This document shows positions 9,897-19,243 of a stretch of DNA of 64,000 bases, piece by piece. The notes below the pieces were generated by a model, which was given only the letters and a program-made list of their open reading frames with translations, was not told where the DNA came from and did not search any database. The first letter of the stretch is position 1. Each line of letters opens with the position of its first letter. The stretch comes from an uncultured Phycisphaerales bacterium (GTDB lineage: Bacteria > Planctomycetota > Phycisphaerae > Tepidisphaerales > Tepidisphaeraceae), in assembly GCA_963758525.1 (NCBI GenBank), contig CAVWVQ010000003.1, positions 3,360,001 through 3,424,000 of the forward strand, in the 5' to 3' direction. The position numbers were made by a program, and so were the translations under genes.

Positions 9897-11295
9897 GCAG
9901 ACTGGAACGCGCGCTGCCGGTACAAGTGTTCGAACAGATTCCCTTCATGCGGCTGATCCCAACTCAGTTGATACGTTGGAATCGCTCCGAGATTCAGCCG
10001 GTCGATATCAGGGGATGCCATCAGCGCTTTTGCAAACGACGGATCGCGCGTGAGCGCCGTGGCGACGAGCGTCGAGCCGATCGCGCCGGGCATTTCGCTG
10101 GTCGGGCATTCGATGACCGTCGCGAACGGAAACAGAAATTCCTTGTTGGCCAGCGGATGTTCGCGATCGCAGCGGAGAATCGTCGGCAGCAGATATGTGC
10201 ACCGACCCACGCTGACCAGTCGCGGCGAGCCGCGATGTTGCAGCGTCAGGTCTGTCGCGCCGCTCATCGCACCGTCGATCATCGCATTGATCCGCTGCGG
10301 CATCAGCGGATTGGCAAACGCGGCGATCTGAGCATCAGGATGCTCGGCGGGAAGCGCTTTCACCGTCGCGAGCTTCCGCGCGATCGCGTCGGCAATCTTA
10401 TCCGCATTTTTCGGAGTCCAGACGGCTGACGCGTTGATGCACGAACGCCCGCCGTTGGCGGCGATCGACCCCACCATCAGGTCGACATATTTCTCCCAGT
10501 CATCGGCCGCGTCGTCGCCGAGGATCACTTTGCTGTAGCCGGGCCCGTGCAGTTCGATGCGCGGGTCTTTGCTCCAGGCCTTTGTCGTCGAAGCGTCGCC
10601 AAAGAGCATCGCCCGATCGACCGCCTGCAGCAGGCTCGACGCTCCGCCGTGATCCGTCGGATAGAAGCCAAACGCCTCGCGTGGCAGGCCCGCGGCGGCA
10701 AGCGACTCGATCACTCGCAACGGCGTCCACGGCTCCTCGCGCCCGGCTTGAGAATGATCGGGCTCTTGAGCGCGATGGCCGGGATCCACAGCGAATGCAC
10801 GCCAGGCGAATTGCTCGGAAGGACCGCGCCAAACGTCCGCGCTTCGCGGAACCACGAGAGCGTTCGCCCGTCGTCGCTTCCATATCCGCGATCGAGGATG
10901 GACAGATCAAACCCACGCGTCAGCCCGGCAAGAATCACGTCCATCTCCGCCAGCACGCGATAAATCTTGCGGGCGTTCCCCCGGCAATAGCTGTACGGCA
11001 TGCCGGTCGTCGCCGAGAGCTGCATCATGTATTGGTCGAACGACTGCGGCTGATCGCCCAGCGGAACCGAGCCGTTCAAAAAGATCTCGCCGGCTTTCTT
11101 GCAGATGTCGATCAGCTCGGCGACCTTAAACGATTCGAGCACATCCGTATCCCACCGATGAATGTCCCGCATGATCAGCCCGGAGTTCGCCTGACTGATC
11201 GAGGCGAAAGGTTCGCCGGTCGCGTGATGCAGAATCTCGATCTTGTCGACCGATTCGTAGGGTTTGCCGTGACGGAGGATGGGGATGTGAAGCAT
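9893..11295 (-). CDS. Aldehyde dehydrogenase-fold protein, GriD/EhpG-like (indel near 10740)
   Basis: AVLPSNSPGVH, LKPG(REEPWTP), LHGPGYSK, GGRSCINAS with catalytic-position Cys, EFLFPF, QPHEGNLFEHLY. Confidence 0.8.
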
Positions 11296-11306
11296 TGTTG
11301 TAAATC

Positions 11307-11876
11307 TCAGGGTTGTCCCGGAGGCCACAGCTCGTCGAGGTGAATCGCCAGGTCGGGAAATGGTGCGAAGCTGACAATATCGTGACCACGGCCTTGTCCG
11401 GCAGGCTGGTATTCGGGACCCTCGAGATTGAAAGCTTCAATCGTCCGTTCGTCCGGATCGATGATCCAATAATGAGGGATCCGTGCGGTGGCGTATTGGC
11501 GAAACTTGTCTCTGCGATCTACGGTGTCGCTTGACGGGCTGATGATTTCGACGCAAAGCTCCGGCATTGTCCGGATGGGCTTCTTCATGTTGATCAAGGC
11601 TATCTGTGCCTTCGTGAAATAGAGCAAGTCCGGTCGGCGAACATTGAACTCATCCAGCACGGTATCGGTGTCGCCAAGCAAGTCGCCGAGATCGTTGTCG
11701 ATGATATGATTCAGCAGAATGCGGGAAAGTCTTTTGTCGACGTGAGAATGCAGCGGCTGCGGACTCGGGCTCACGATGATTTCCCCTTCCACAAGTTCCA
11801 GGCGCACACCCGGCGGGTCTTCTCCAAGGAGGGCGTATTGCCGGGCAGTCATTTTAGTGGTGCTGTCAATCGACAT
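11307..11876 (-). CDS. Uma2 (DUF820) PD-(D/E)xK endonuclease family
   Basis: ELVEGEIIVSPSP..H, RRPDLLY, PELCVEIISPS, DK...YA...IPHYWIIDP. Confidence 0.92.
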   Translation of the reverse strand: MSIDSTTKMTARQYALLGEDPPGVRLELVEGEIIVSPSPQPLHSHVDKRLSRILLNHIIDNDLGDLLGDTDTVLDEFNVRRPDLLYFTKAQIALINMKKPIRTMPELCVEIISPSSDTVDRRDKFRQYATARIPHYWIIDPDERTIEAFNLEGPEYQPAGQGRGHDIVSFAPFPDLAIHLDELWPPGQP

Positions 11877-11996
11877 AGCGTTCCAGCGAGTATAGCACGG
11901 AGCGAGCGCAAATTTCCGACTGCTCTGCCGTTTCGCGTGCGCAATGGCAGGCTCGAGGCCTGCACCACAAACGGGCAATCCCGCGTTTTCTCCGAG

Positions 11997-13073
11997 TCAG
12001 TAAACCCCCTCCACGACCGTGCCCGCAAATCCGCTGAACGGCTGCACATTCCCCGCCCCATCCCAAGGATACGGCTGACAGGGCGGACGGCGAATCGCCT
12101 GGTCGCGCTCGAGGAAGCGGGGGATGAAGGTTTCCTTCGTCAATGTCGTGAGCATCACCCGGCCGCGCTGGCCGTAGGGGACTTTCTTCCCGGCGTTGTC
12201 GGGTTCGACGATCTCAATCACCGCTCGCGGCTGCGGCGCGTGGTAGATGATCTCGTAGTTGTCGGCGGGGTCGAACGGCTTGTGTGTCGCGAGGCCCATG
12301 AGCGTGTTGCCGTAGGTCGGAACGAAGTCGACGCCGGGGCAGAGTTCCTCGCGGGCGAAGCGGTGGAATTGCGGCGTAAGTTCGGTGCCGCCGCAGAAGA
12401 TTCCCTTGATGCCGTAGTGGGCGAGGTCGATTTTCTCAGCCAGTGCTTCCAGGAGCTTGGGCGTGGTGAACATGCAGCGAATGTTGTCGTGGCTGCGGAG
12501 AATGGTGAGAGCCTGGTCCACGCAGTGTTGTTTGTAGAGATTGGCTTCCTGCATCTCGCCGCGCTTGATGCACTTGATGACCCAGCGCGGATCGAGGTCG
12601 ACGCAGAACGCGATTCCGCCGCGATGCTGGGCGAGATGTTCGATCGCCAGTCGCAGGCGGCGCGGGCCGGATGGCCCGAGCATGAGCCAGTCGCTGCCGC
12701 GGGGGAAGGTCTGGTCGGAGAGGGTTTTGCTGAAGGTTTCGTAGTCGATGCGGAAGTCGTCGATTTGCAACCGGCTCTTGGGAACGCCGGTGCTGCCGCC
12801 GGTTTCAAAAACGTAGAGCGGCCTGCCCGCCAGACCTTTGGGAAGCCAGCGGCGCACGGGGCCGCCGCGGAGCCAGTCGTCCTCGAAGTGAGGAAATTTC
12901 GCCAGATCGGCAAATGACTTCACTTCCGCGCGCGCATCGAACCTGGCCCCCTTCGCCCAATCCAGCCAGAACGGGCAGCCGGTTTCGGGGTTGAAGTGCC
13001 ATCCGATGATGTCGCGGATATGGATGTCGAGGGCGGCCCGTGCGTGTTGAACTTGTTCTTGCAAAGATGCCAT
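11997..13073 (-). CDS. Truncated ANL-fold adenylating enzyme, EhpF/GriC/EsmB1-like
   Basis: WHFNPETGCPFW, ETGGSTGVPK, DLDPRWV, TTPKLL, GGTEL, GQRGRV, PRFLERDQAIR and C-terminal VVEGVY match motifs recalled from EhpF. Confidence 0.8.
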   Translation of the reverse strand: MASLQEQVQHARAALDIHIRDIIGWHFNPETGCPFWLDWAKGARFDARAEVKSFADLAKFPHFEDDWLRGGPVRRWLPKGLAGRPLYVFETGGSTGVPKSRLQIDDFRIDYETFSKTLSDQTFPRGSDWLMLGPSGPRRLRLAIEHLAQHRGGIAFCVDLDPRWVIKCIKRGEMQEANLYKQHCVDQALTILRSHDNIRCMFTTPKLLEALAEKIDLAHYGIKGIFCGGTELTPQFHRFAREELCPGVDFVPTYGNTLMGLATHKPFDPADNYEIIYHAPQPRAVIEIVEPDNAGKKVPYGQRGRVMLTTLTKETFIPRFLERDQAIRRPPCQPYPWDGAGNVQPFSGFAGTVVEGVY

Positions 13074-13077
13074 GAAT

Positions 13078-13569
13078 AAACCCGAATGACGAAACCAGAA
13101 TCCCCGAATCAAACCCGAATGACGAATGACTGAATGAAGAAAAAGTTCAACTATCCGCAACTTCTGCGGATTTTTCCGAAGATCAGGTTTAGCTCTTTCG
13201 CTTCTTGCCACAACAGCCGCGCACCCGGCTGCGCCGTCGGTTCCGCGGCTGCGAGCATCCGCAGCCAATATTTGGTCTCGCGGGATTCTTTTCTGCACAA
13301 CCCGATCTTATGACGGAAGTCCTTCTTGCTCTCCGCGTCGTCCGCCTCACAGTAGTTGGCTCCGACACTCGTACCTGCCCTGACGAGCTGCGACAGAATC
13401 GGCTGATTGACCGGAGAAACCATGACCCGCTTGCAGAGCCGAATGATTTCTTCACCAAACTTGGCGGTGCGCTCATCCAAGTCAAAGCCACTCCCAGACT
13501 CGAATGCTTCCATTCGGTCATTCGTCATTCGGGTTTGATTCGGGGATTCTGGTTTCGTCATTCGGGTTT
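13078..13569. mobile_element. GAATGAC-heptamer element: 59-bp inverted repeats (13078-13136, 13511-13569) enclosing a four-helix-bundle gene
   Basis: Arms are reverse complements with 1 mismatch in 59; mobility is inferred. Confidence 0.7.
13151..13513 (-). CDS. Four-helix bundle protein (TIGR02436 / 23S rRNA IVS protein family)
   Basis: DLDERTAKF...QLVRAGTSVGANYCEA..AESKKDFRHKIGLCRKESRETKYWL...EAKELNLIF. Confidence 0.92.
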   Translation of the reverse strand: MEAFESGSGFDLDERTAKFGEEIIRLCKRVMVSPVNQPILSQLVRAGTSVGANYCEADDAESKKDFRHKIGLCRKESRETKYWLRMLAAAEPTAQPGARLLWQEAKELNLIFGKIRRSCG

Positions 13570-15228
13570 CCCTTGAATCGCGTACAGCTTATCCCGCGTG
13601 CTGATATACAAAACGCCATTCGCGAACACCGGCGAGCAATAGCTCGCGCTTCCCATGTTTTGCTCGGAGATCATGTTCATTTTCTCCGACTCGTCGAAGA
13701 TGCGGACATCGCCGTCTTCGTCGGTCACGTAGACTTTCCCGTCGCAGATCAGCGGCGAGCCCCACATGGCCGACTCCATGTCATAGGTCCAGAGCACCTT
13801 GCCGGTCTTGGCGTCGAAGCAATGCAGAAAGCCGGAGAAATCGGGAACGAAGCAAAGACCTTTGTCGACGACCGCGGTGGAAATCGTGCGGTTCATGTGC
13901 TCGCTGCGATCGATTTTGCCGTCGCCGTTGAGATCGTACTTGTCGTAGTGCCAGATGACGGCGGAGTTGGGATTGGGAATGCCCTTTCGGCTGGGGACAT
14001 TGGCGGCGTTATCGAGCAACTGGTCGCCGGGTTTGGGCTTGGGGATGTTGGGATGGGGATCGAGCTCGGCGCTCACGTCGCCGGTCTTGGTGATATCGAC
14101 GCAGTACATATGGCCGTATCCTTCGCCGTGCTCGGGGTCCTGGCCGTTGGCGATGTACATCCGGTCGCCCACGATGCACGGCGTGGCGATGATCTCGTTG
14201 CGCGTCTGGGGATAGACGGCGTCTTTCGGATTGGTGTCAAACTTCCAGACAATCTCGCCGGTCCTCGCGTCAAACGCATACACCCATGCGTCGCCCAGCG
14301 GCGCGATCACCAGCGGGCGGCCGTTCACTTCCGTGATCGCCGGGCTGGCCCATTGCCCGTGCAGCACGTTGGGGCCCGGCGAGTTGTTGGTCCAGATGAC
14401 CTTGCCGGTGCCCTTGTTGAAGCAGACGATGGACGGGGCGTTGGGGGCGACGACATGCTTATGAGTGTCGTCCACGCCATTGGCGGTGATTACATAGATG
14501 AAATCGCCCCATGACGCCGTCGCGCAGCTCGTCATGTTGTGGGGAAAAACGCCCAGCGTGGTCATCATGTCGCAGGTCCAGACTTCGCTGGGGTGCTTGT
14601 CGGCCGAGCTGATGTCAAGGCAGACCACCTCGCAGCGGTTGGTGCAGAACCAGATGCGATGGCCCTCAGAATAGACGGTCGAGCAGAGTCCTTCGCCCGG
14701 CCAGTCATTCACCCGTCCGGTGGGGAGCTTGGCACTGTAGCGCTGCCAGAGGAATTTGCCGGTCGCTTCGTCGAACGCCATCAGCACACCGCCGTCGGCC
14801 GTGATGCTGGGGTCGCGTTTGCCTTCGTTGTTGGTCCCCACGTAGACCAGACCATCACTGATGACAGGATTCCCGTAGCTCTTGGAGCCAAGGTCCGCGC
14901 TCCACTTGATGTTTTTGCCAGTCTGCACATCCCACGTCGTCGGGGGATTTTTCTCAGGCGAGATCATTTGCCGAAGCGGAGTCCGGCCCCACATGGGCCA
15001 GTCGTCGGCCCGCGTAGAAACCGGTAGGGCGCAAAGTGCCATCAGGCCGCAGAAGAGGATGGGTGCGCGGGAAACCCGAATTCCGAAACCCGAATGACGA
15101 ATCAAACCCGAATGACGAATGACCGAATGAAAACATGCGATAGCGCGGCGCCATTCGGTCATTTGGTCATTCGTCATTGATTCTGGTTTCTGGTTTCTGA
15201 ATTCTGGTTTCAACGTCATGTTGTTCAT
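13558..15228 (-). CDS. Secreted PQQ-like (BamB-type) beta-propeller protein
   Basis: Signal-like segment then DDWPMWGR, NIKWSADLG, repeated AFDxxTGxxxW units, SPVFANGVLY; start either 15228 (ATGA overlap) or ~15043. Confidence 0.85.
   Translation of the reverse strand: MNNMTLKPEFRNQKPESMTNDQMTEWRRAIACFHSVIRHSGLIRHSGFGIRVSRAPILFCGLMALCALPVSTRADDWPMWGRTPLRQMISPEKNPPTTWDVQTGKNIKWSADLGSKSYGNPVISDGLVYVGTNNEGKRDPSITADGGVLMAFDEATGKFLWQRYSAKLPTGRVNDWPGEGLCSTVYSEGHRIWFCTNRCEVVCLDISSADKHPSEVWTCDMMTTLGVFPHNMTSCATASWGDFIYVITANGVDDTHKHVVAPNAPSIVCFNKGTGKVIWTNNSPGPNVLHGQWASPAITEVNGRPLVIAPLGDAWVYAFDARTGEIVWKFDTNPKDAVYPQTRNEIIATPCIVGDRMYIANGQDPEHGEGYGHMYCVDITKTGDVSAELDPHPNIPKPKPGDQLLDNAANVPSRKGIPNPNSAVIWHYDKYDLNGDGKIDRSEHMNRTISTAVVDKGLCFVPDFSGFLHCFDAKTGKVLWTYDMESAMWGSPLICDGKVYVTDEDGDVRIFDESEKMNMISEQNMGSASYCSPVFANGVLYISTRDKLYAIQGKPE
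15072..15210. repeat. GAATGAC-heptamer hairpin lying in frame in the 5' end of the propeller ORF
   Basis: aaacccgaattccgaaacccgaatgacgaatcaaacccgaatgacgaatgaccgaatg / cattcggtcatttggtcattcgtcattgattctggtttctggtttc. Confidence 0.8.
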
Positions 15229-17693
15229 TTTTCATTCTCACTGACAACAATGTTGTCGTAATAGATTTCCAGATCATTGGAGAAGCCCCAGAAGCCAGGG
15301 CTGCCGTTGCGATTGGGTGTGTAGTCTTCAAGTTGAACCGTCCAATCGCTGGGCTCGGGCTCGCCGGATTTCCAGACTTTTCCCTTCATGACCGCTTTGT
15401 CTTTTTCCTGGGAAACCGTCAGCTTCTCGCGGTACCAGGTGCCGGCCTTGAATTCGAAGGGGACGGCGGTGTGCGTCGCCAGGCCCGGCTCCACTTCGTT
15501 TCTGGGAAGCGCCGCAGGCCAGGAGTGAAGCCCCAGGGTCTGTCGGCTTCCCTTCAACTCGAGCACGTAGCGGCTGTTGATGATTCCGACATCGGGAATC
15601 TTGTGGACCAGCGTTCCCGCGTCGTCGTAGACAATCTCTTTGACCATCACATCGGCCTGCAGCGTGTAGTCGTGCATGTCTTCGGAGCCGAAGTAGGTGC
15701 GGGCGCGGGCAAACAGCGGAATGTCGGTGAGCTTGACCAGCACCTTGTTCTTCGGACCGGTCGGCCCGGGCATCTCGCGCACGGCAAACTTCATTCCTGC
15801 GCCGATCCAGACCAGGGGCGGCTTGCCGACGGGCGCGGCTTCGAAATCGATCTTCCACGGCAGCGGCGGGAAGACGCGGACGCGCCCCTCGCCGGTGAGC
15901 TTGCCGACCGTCGCGATGACCGCGCCGCCCTGGATCGGACCGCCAGCGGCAGTGAACGTGCCGCTGTTATCCACTTCGCCCTTGAGGTTGCCAATCTTTG
16001 TTGGCTGCGTGCTGGCGACCGGAGCAGTCGTCGGTTGCGTCGATGGAGCGCTGGTCGGAGCCGGCGGGGGGGTCGCGCCTGCGACCGACAGCGACACCGG
16101 CCGCAACAGCGCCTTGGGGCGTGGCGGCATCGGCGGCACCGTGAGTTGTCCCACCGCCCAACTGTCCGCTTTCATCTGGCCCAGCGCCCGACCTTTCGCG
16201 TCAAACCCGAAAACGGTGAACGTCGTCTTCTCGCCGGGCTTGCTCACCACGTCGGCGGGTCGGACCTGGAGCACCGCCGCTTCAGCGGTCTTGTCGGCGG
16301 GTTCTTCCGTCGCGGTTTCGGGAATCGGATCGGAACTTACCTTCGGTTCTTTGGGCCCGATGCAGAACATGCTGTTGGCACTTTGAAGGAACAGTTGCCC
16401 ATTGGAAATTGCAAACGAGCCGAACACGGCATATTCGCGGCCCATCTTTTCTTCGATGTCTTCGTGGCTCAGCACTGTCGGCTTGGTTTCTCCGTTGACC
16501 TTTAAAATCCAAACCCGCCCGTTCGCTTCGGGGAAATACAGCTTCCCGTCGGCATAGACGAGCGAGGCCTTGCCGATGGTTCCATATCCTTTGTGCCAGA
16601 GGATCTTTCCGCTTTTCGCGTCAAACGCGTAGATGACAGCGCTGTCTGTCGGGACGTAGAGAATGCCGTCGAACAACGTCGAGGAGGGGAACCCGGCTTC
16701 GATGCCGTCCACGCGCCAGACGACCTTGGGTGTGCCGTCCTTACCGATTTCCGAGGCGTCGAGACATGCCACGCCCCCAAGCCTGGTGCTGCTGAAATTA
16801 TCCAGATCCCAGGAGCAATAGATCAGATTGCCAGCAATGATCGGCGAGCAGTTCATGCCGCGTTTGCAGGGCTTGTATGACCAGAGCTTTTTCCCGGTGC
16901 GCACCTGGAACGCGTGGAATCCGCCGTCGCCGGCGTTGATTACCGCGATGCGCTGGCCGGCGACGACACCTACCACGGGCGTGCCGTAGGGCGCGTCGAC
17001 GGGAATACCGCCGGTGCCGGTCGTCCAGTTAAGCTGGCCGGTGTTCTTATCAAACGCATAGAGGCGTTGTTGCGAGAGGAAATTGTTCCCCCAGCCGAAG
17101 CTGACGCCGGAGATCAGCAATTGATCTTCATCGATGGCCGGGGAGGGGGTTCGCCCGCCGAAGGTGGTGATCATTCCGAATTCTTCCACCATCTGGCGCT
17201 TCCACACGACCTCTCCGGTTTTGCCGTCGCAGCAGACAAGCTCATTTTGCGCGCCCAGCCCATAGACTCGGCCGGTCTTCGGATCGCCGGTGATGTTGGA
17301 CCATCCCAGACGGTGGAACGGATCGTCGGAGACATACATGTTCTCCAGATGCTGCCAGACGATCTTGCCGGTTTTGGCGTCGACGCACGTGAGCGCTTCC
17401 TGCGTTTTGGGGCCGGGGTCCAGCGTGGCGGTGCCCTCCTCGCCGGCGGGAACTTCGCCAACGCGCGTGAAAGCGTAAACGCACCCGTTCATCACGATCG
17501 GGCTGGACATCCCTCCAACGCTGTTCTTCCAGACGACGTTCTCGCCGTCCGGCGTCCATTTTTCCGGCAGATCCTTTTCGCGCGACACGCCGTTCTGCTC
17601 CGGCCCGCGCCATTGATACCAGTCGCCCGCCAGCGCCGGCGCCGCCATGATCAGGCCCGTTAGCAGCCACGCCGCAATCCTCGAATTCAACAT
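15225..17693 (-). CDS. Secreted PQQ-like beta-propeller protein with Pro/Thr linker and C-terminal beta-sandwich domain
   Basis: Signal peptide ..ALA-GDWYQWRGPEQNG; repeated DxKTGxxxW; STQP linker; C-terminal GTWYR..EP..W...GSPGFWG..IYYDNIVV. Confidence 0.85.
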   Translation of the reverse strand: MLNSRIAAWLLTGLIMAAPALAGDWYQWRGPEQNGVSREKDLPEKWTPDGENVVWKNSVGGMSSPIVMNGCVYAFTRVGEVPAGEEGTATLDPGPKTQEALTCVDAKTGKIVWQHLENMYVSDDPFHRLGWSNITGDPKTGRVYGLGAQNELVCCDGKTGEVVWKRQMVEEFGMITTFGGRTPSPAIDEDQLLISGVSFGWGNNFLSQQRLYAFDKNTGQLNWTTGTGGIPVDAPYGTPVVGVVAGQRIAVINAGDGGFHAFQVRTGKKLWSYKPCKRGMNCSPIIAGNLIYCSWDLDNFSSTRLGGVACLDASEIGKDGTPKVVWRVDGIEAGFPSSTLFDGILYVPTDSAVIYAFDAKSGKILWHKGYGTIGKASLVYADGKLYFPEANGRVWILKVNGETKPTVLSHEDIEEKMGREYAVFGSFAISNGQLFLQSANSMFCIGPKEPKVSSDPIPETATEEPADKTAEAAVLQVRPADVVSKPGEKTTFTVFGFDAKGRALGQMKADSWAVGQLTVPPMPPRPKALLRPVSLSVAGATPPPAPTSAPSTQPTTAPVASTQPTKIGNLKGEVDNSGTFTAAGGPIQGGAVIATVGKLTGEGRVRVFPPLPWKIDFEAAPVGKPPLVWIGAGMKFAVREMPGPTGPKNKVLVKLTDIPLFARARTYFGSEDMHDYTLQADVMVKEIVYDDAGTLVHKIPDVGIINSRYVLELKGSRQTLGLHSWPAALPRNEVEPGLATHTAVPFEFKAGTWYREKLTVSQEKDKAVMKGKVWKSGEPEPSDWTVQLEDYTPNRNGSPGFWGFSNDLEIYYDNIVVSENEK

Positions 17694-17700
17694 GTCACTC

Positions 17701-18963
17701 TCACTTTGTTGTCGATGGGTGTCGAACGAATCGCTGCGACTTCATCTCCGACCGGGGAAGCGTCCCCGGCCCCACCAGCGAAACCTCCGCCCGGAACGAA
17801 AAGGCGCTCTGCAACGCGCGCTGGGCGCGTTCGATCAGGCTATTATCCGCGCCCGGCGCCGCCGGCTCAAGTTCGAGCTTCACCTGCGCAAGGGGACCCT
17901 GGTCGAAAACGGTCATGCGAAATTCGGCAATCTCGGGAAAGCTCCGCAGCACGGACTCCACCGCTGTTGGAAACACATTATTGCCACGAACCACCAGCAT
18001 GTCATCGACGCGCCCCAGGATTCCACCTTCGAGTCGCGCGAAGCTGCGCCCGCAGGCGCACCCGCGCCGACTGATGCGCACCTGATCGCCGGTACGATAG
18101 CGAATCAGCGGGCTTCCGGCCCGCCCCAAATTGGTCAGAACCAGCTCTCCGATCTGATCGTTGGCCACCGCGACTCCGCTGACCGGATCGACCGACTCCG
18201 CGATAAACTCATTCTCGTTCACGTGCAGCCCCGTCCCGGGATTCTCCCGGCATTCAAACGTGACGGCACCCATCTCTGTCATACCGCTGTGATCGAAGAT
18301 GCGCGCACCCCACGCCTGCTCAATTCGCTTTCGCGTGCCGGGAATGCTTCCTCCCGCTTCGCCCGCGACGATGAGCATCCGCACGGACGATGCCGGCAGA
18401 TCGATCTTGAGCTCCGCCGCAACGTCGGCCATGCGCAGCGCGTAGGTCGGCGTGCAGAACACGACGGTCACCTGATTGTCCAGAATCATCCGCAGCCGGC
18501 GATCGGTGCTCATGCCTCCGCCGGGGATGCAGAGCCGGCCCATCGCCGCCGCCCCTTCAAATGCCGCCCAGAATCCGACGAACGGGCCGAACGAAAAGGG
18601 AAAGAAAAGCCGATCCTGCTGCGTCACCCCGGCCGCGTCGAGGATCGTCGCCCAGCAGGTCTCAAACCACCGCCAGCTCTGCGGGGTGTCCAGCCAGCGC
18701 ATCGGCTTGCCGTGCGTTCCGGAGGTCTGATGAAATCGGGAATATCGCTCAAGGGGATACGTGAGATTGGTTCCGAATGGCGGATGATCGACTTGATCTT
18801 TTTCCAACTCCTCGCGGATGGTGAATGGAAGTTGCGAAAGTGGATCACGGGCCGGGTTGAATGCGATCCCGCCAAGCTTGCGGCGATAGAACGGATTCTC
18901 CGCGGCCACAAGTCGAATAAGCTCGGCTAGCCTTGTTTGCTGAGTTTCGCTCAAGTCGGGCAA
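17701..18963 (-). CDS. Phenylacetate-CoA ligase (PaaK)-family AMP-forming ligase
   Basis: QTSGTHGKP, FCTPTYAL, DHSGMTE, GELVLTNL, PLIRYRTGD, GRVDDMLVVRGNNVFP; GAGGG RBS before TTG. Confidence 0.88.
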   Translation of the reverse strand: MPDLSETQQTRLAELIRLVAAENPFYRRKLGGIAFNPARDPLSQLPFTIREELEKDQVDHPPFGTNLTYPLERYSRFHQTSGTHGKPMRWLDTPQSWRWFETCWATILDAAGVTQQDRLFFPFSFGPFVGFWAAFEGAAAMGRLCIPGGGMSTDRRLRMILDNQVTVVFCTPTYALRMADVAAELKIDLPASSVRMLIVAGEAGGSIPGTRKRIEQAWGARIFDHSGMTEMGAVTFECRENPGTGLHVNENEFIAESVDPVSGVAVANDQIGELVLTNLGRAGSPLIRYRTGDQVRISRRGCACGRSFARLEGGILGRVDDMLVVRGNNVFPTAVESVLRSFPEIAEFRMTVFDQGPLAQVKLELEPAAPGADNSLIERAQRALQSAFSFRAEVSLVGPGTLPRSEMKSQRFVRHPSTTK

Positions 18964-19073
18964 TGGCGTTCCCTCACTCGCGGCGTCAACGCCATCGTTG
19001 ACCCGATAGAGCCTAGCATTGTAGCCTTGCGGTGAAGGGCGAGCCAAGACAGACGGAGCCTGCCGTATTGCCT

Positions 19074-19174
19074 GGGTGTGGCGCTCGAAAGTGGCGATCG
19101 GCTCCGAGTAGGGCGGGATGAATCCCGCCCTACGATCGCAAAATCTGCAATCGCCACAAATAAAAGTTACACCC
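19074..19174 (+). mobile_element. MITE family A, copy 1 (8-bp target duplication TATTGCCT)
   Basis: GGGTGT...ACACCC ends; TATTGCCT on both sides; internal REP palindrome. Confidence 0.85.
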
Positions 19175-19243
19175 TATTGCCTTGGATGTGTACCGTTTCG
19201 GCGGAAAGGTCACGCACCCTATCGTCCTTCTCCAGCCTGAGCC

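Noticed and set aside
9448..9948. ORFs within repeat-rich intergenic regions (also 563-1171, 25990-26214, 30983-31327)
   Set aside because: Their translations are derived from palindromic repeats or MITEs and show no protein-like signal.
9893..13073. luxCE bioluminescence or phenazine biosynthesis cluster
   Set aside because: No luxAB/luxD or phzA-G genes are present; only the adenylation/reductase pair.
13151..13513. Diversity-generating retroelement (Avd-like gene)
   Set aside because: No reverse transcriptase and no template/variable repeat pair with adenine-specific mismatches were seen in the window.
13078..15210. GAATGAC repeats as a CRISPR array
   Set aside because: The units are 7-mers in inverted arms with no unique, regularly sized spacers, and no cas genes are present.
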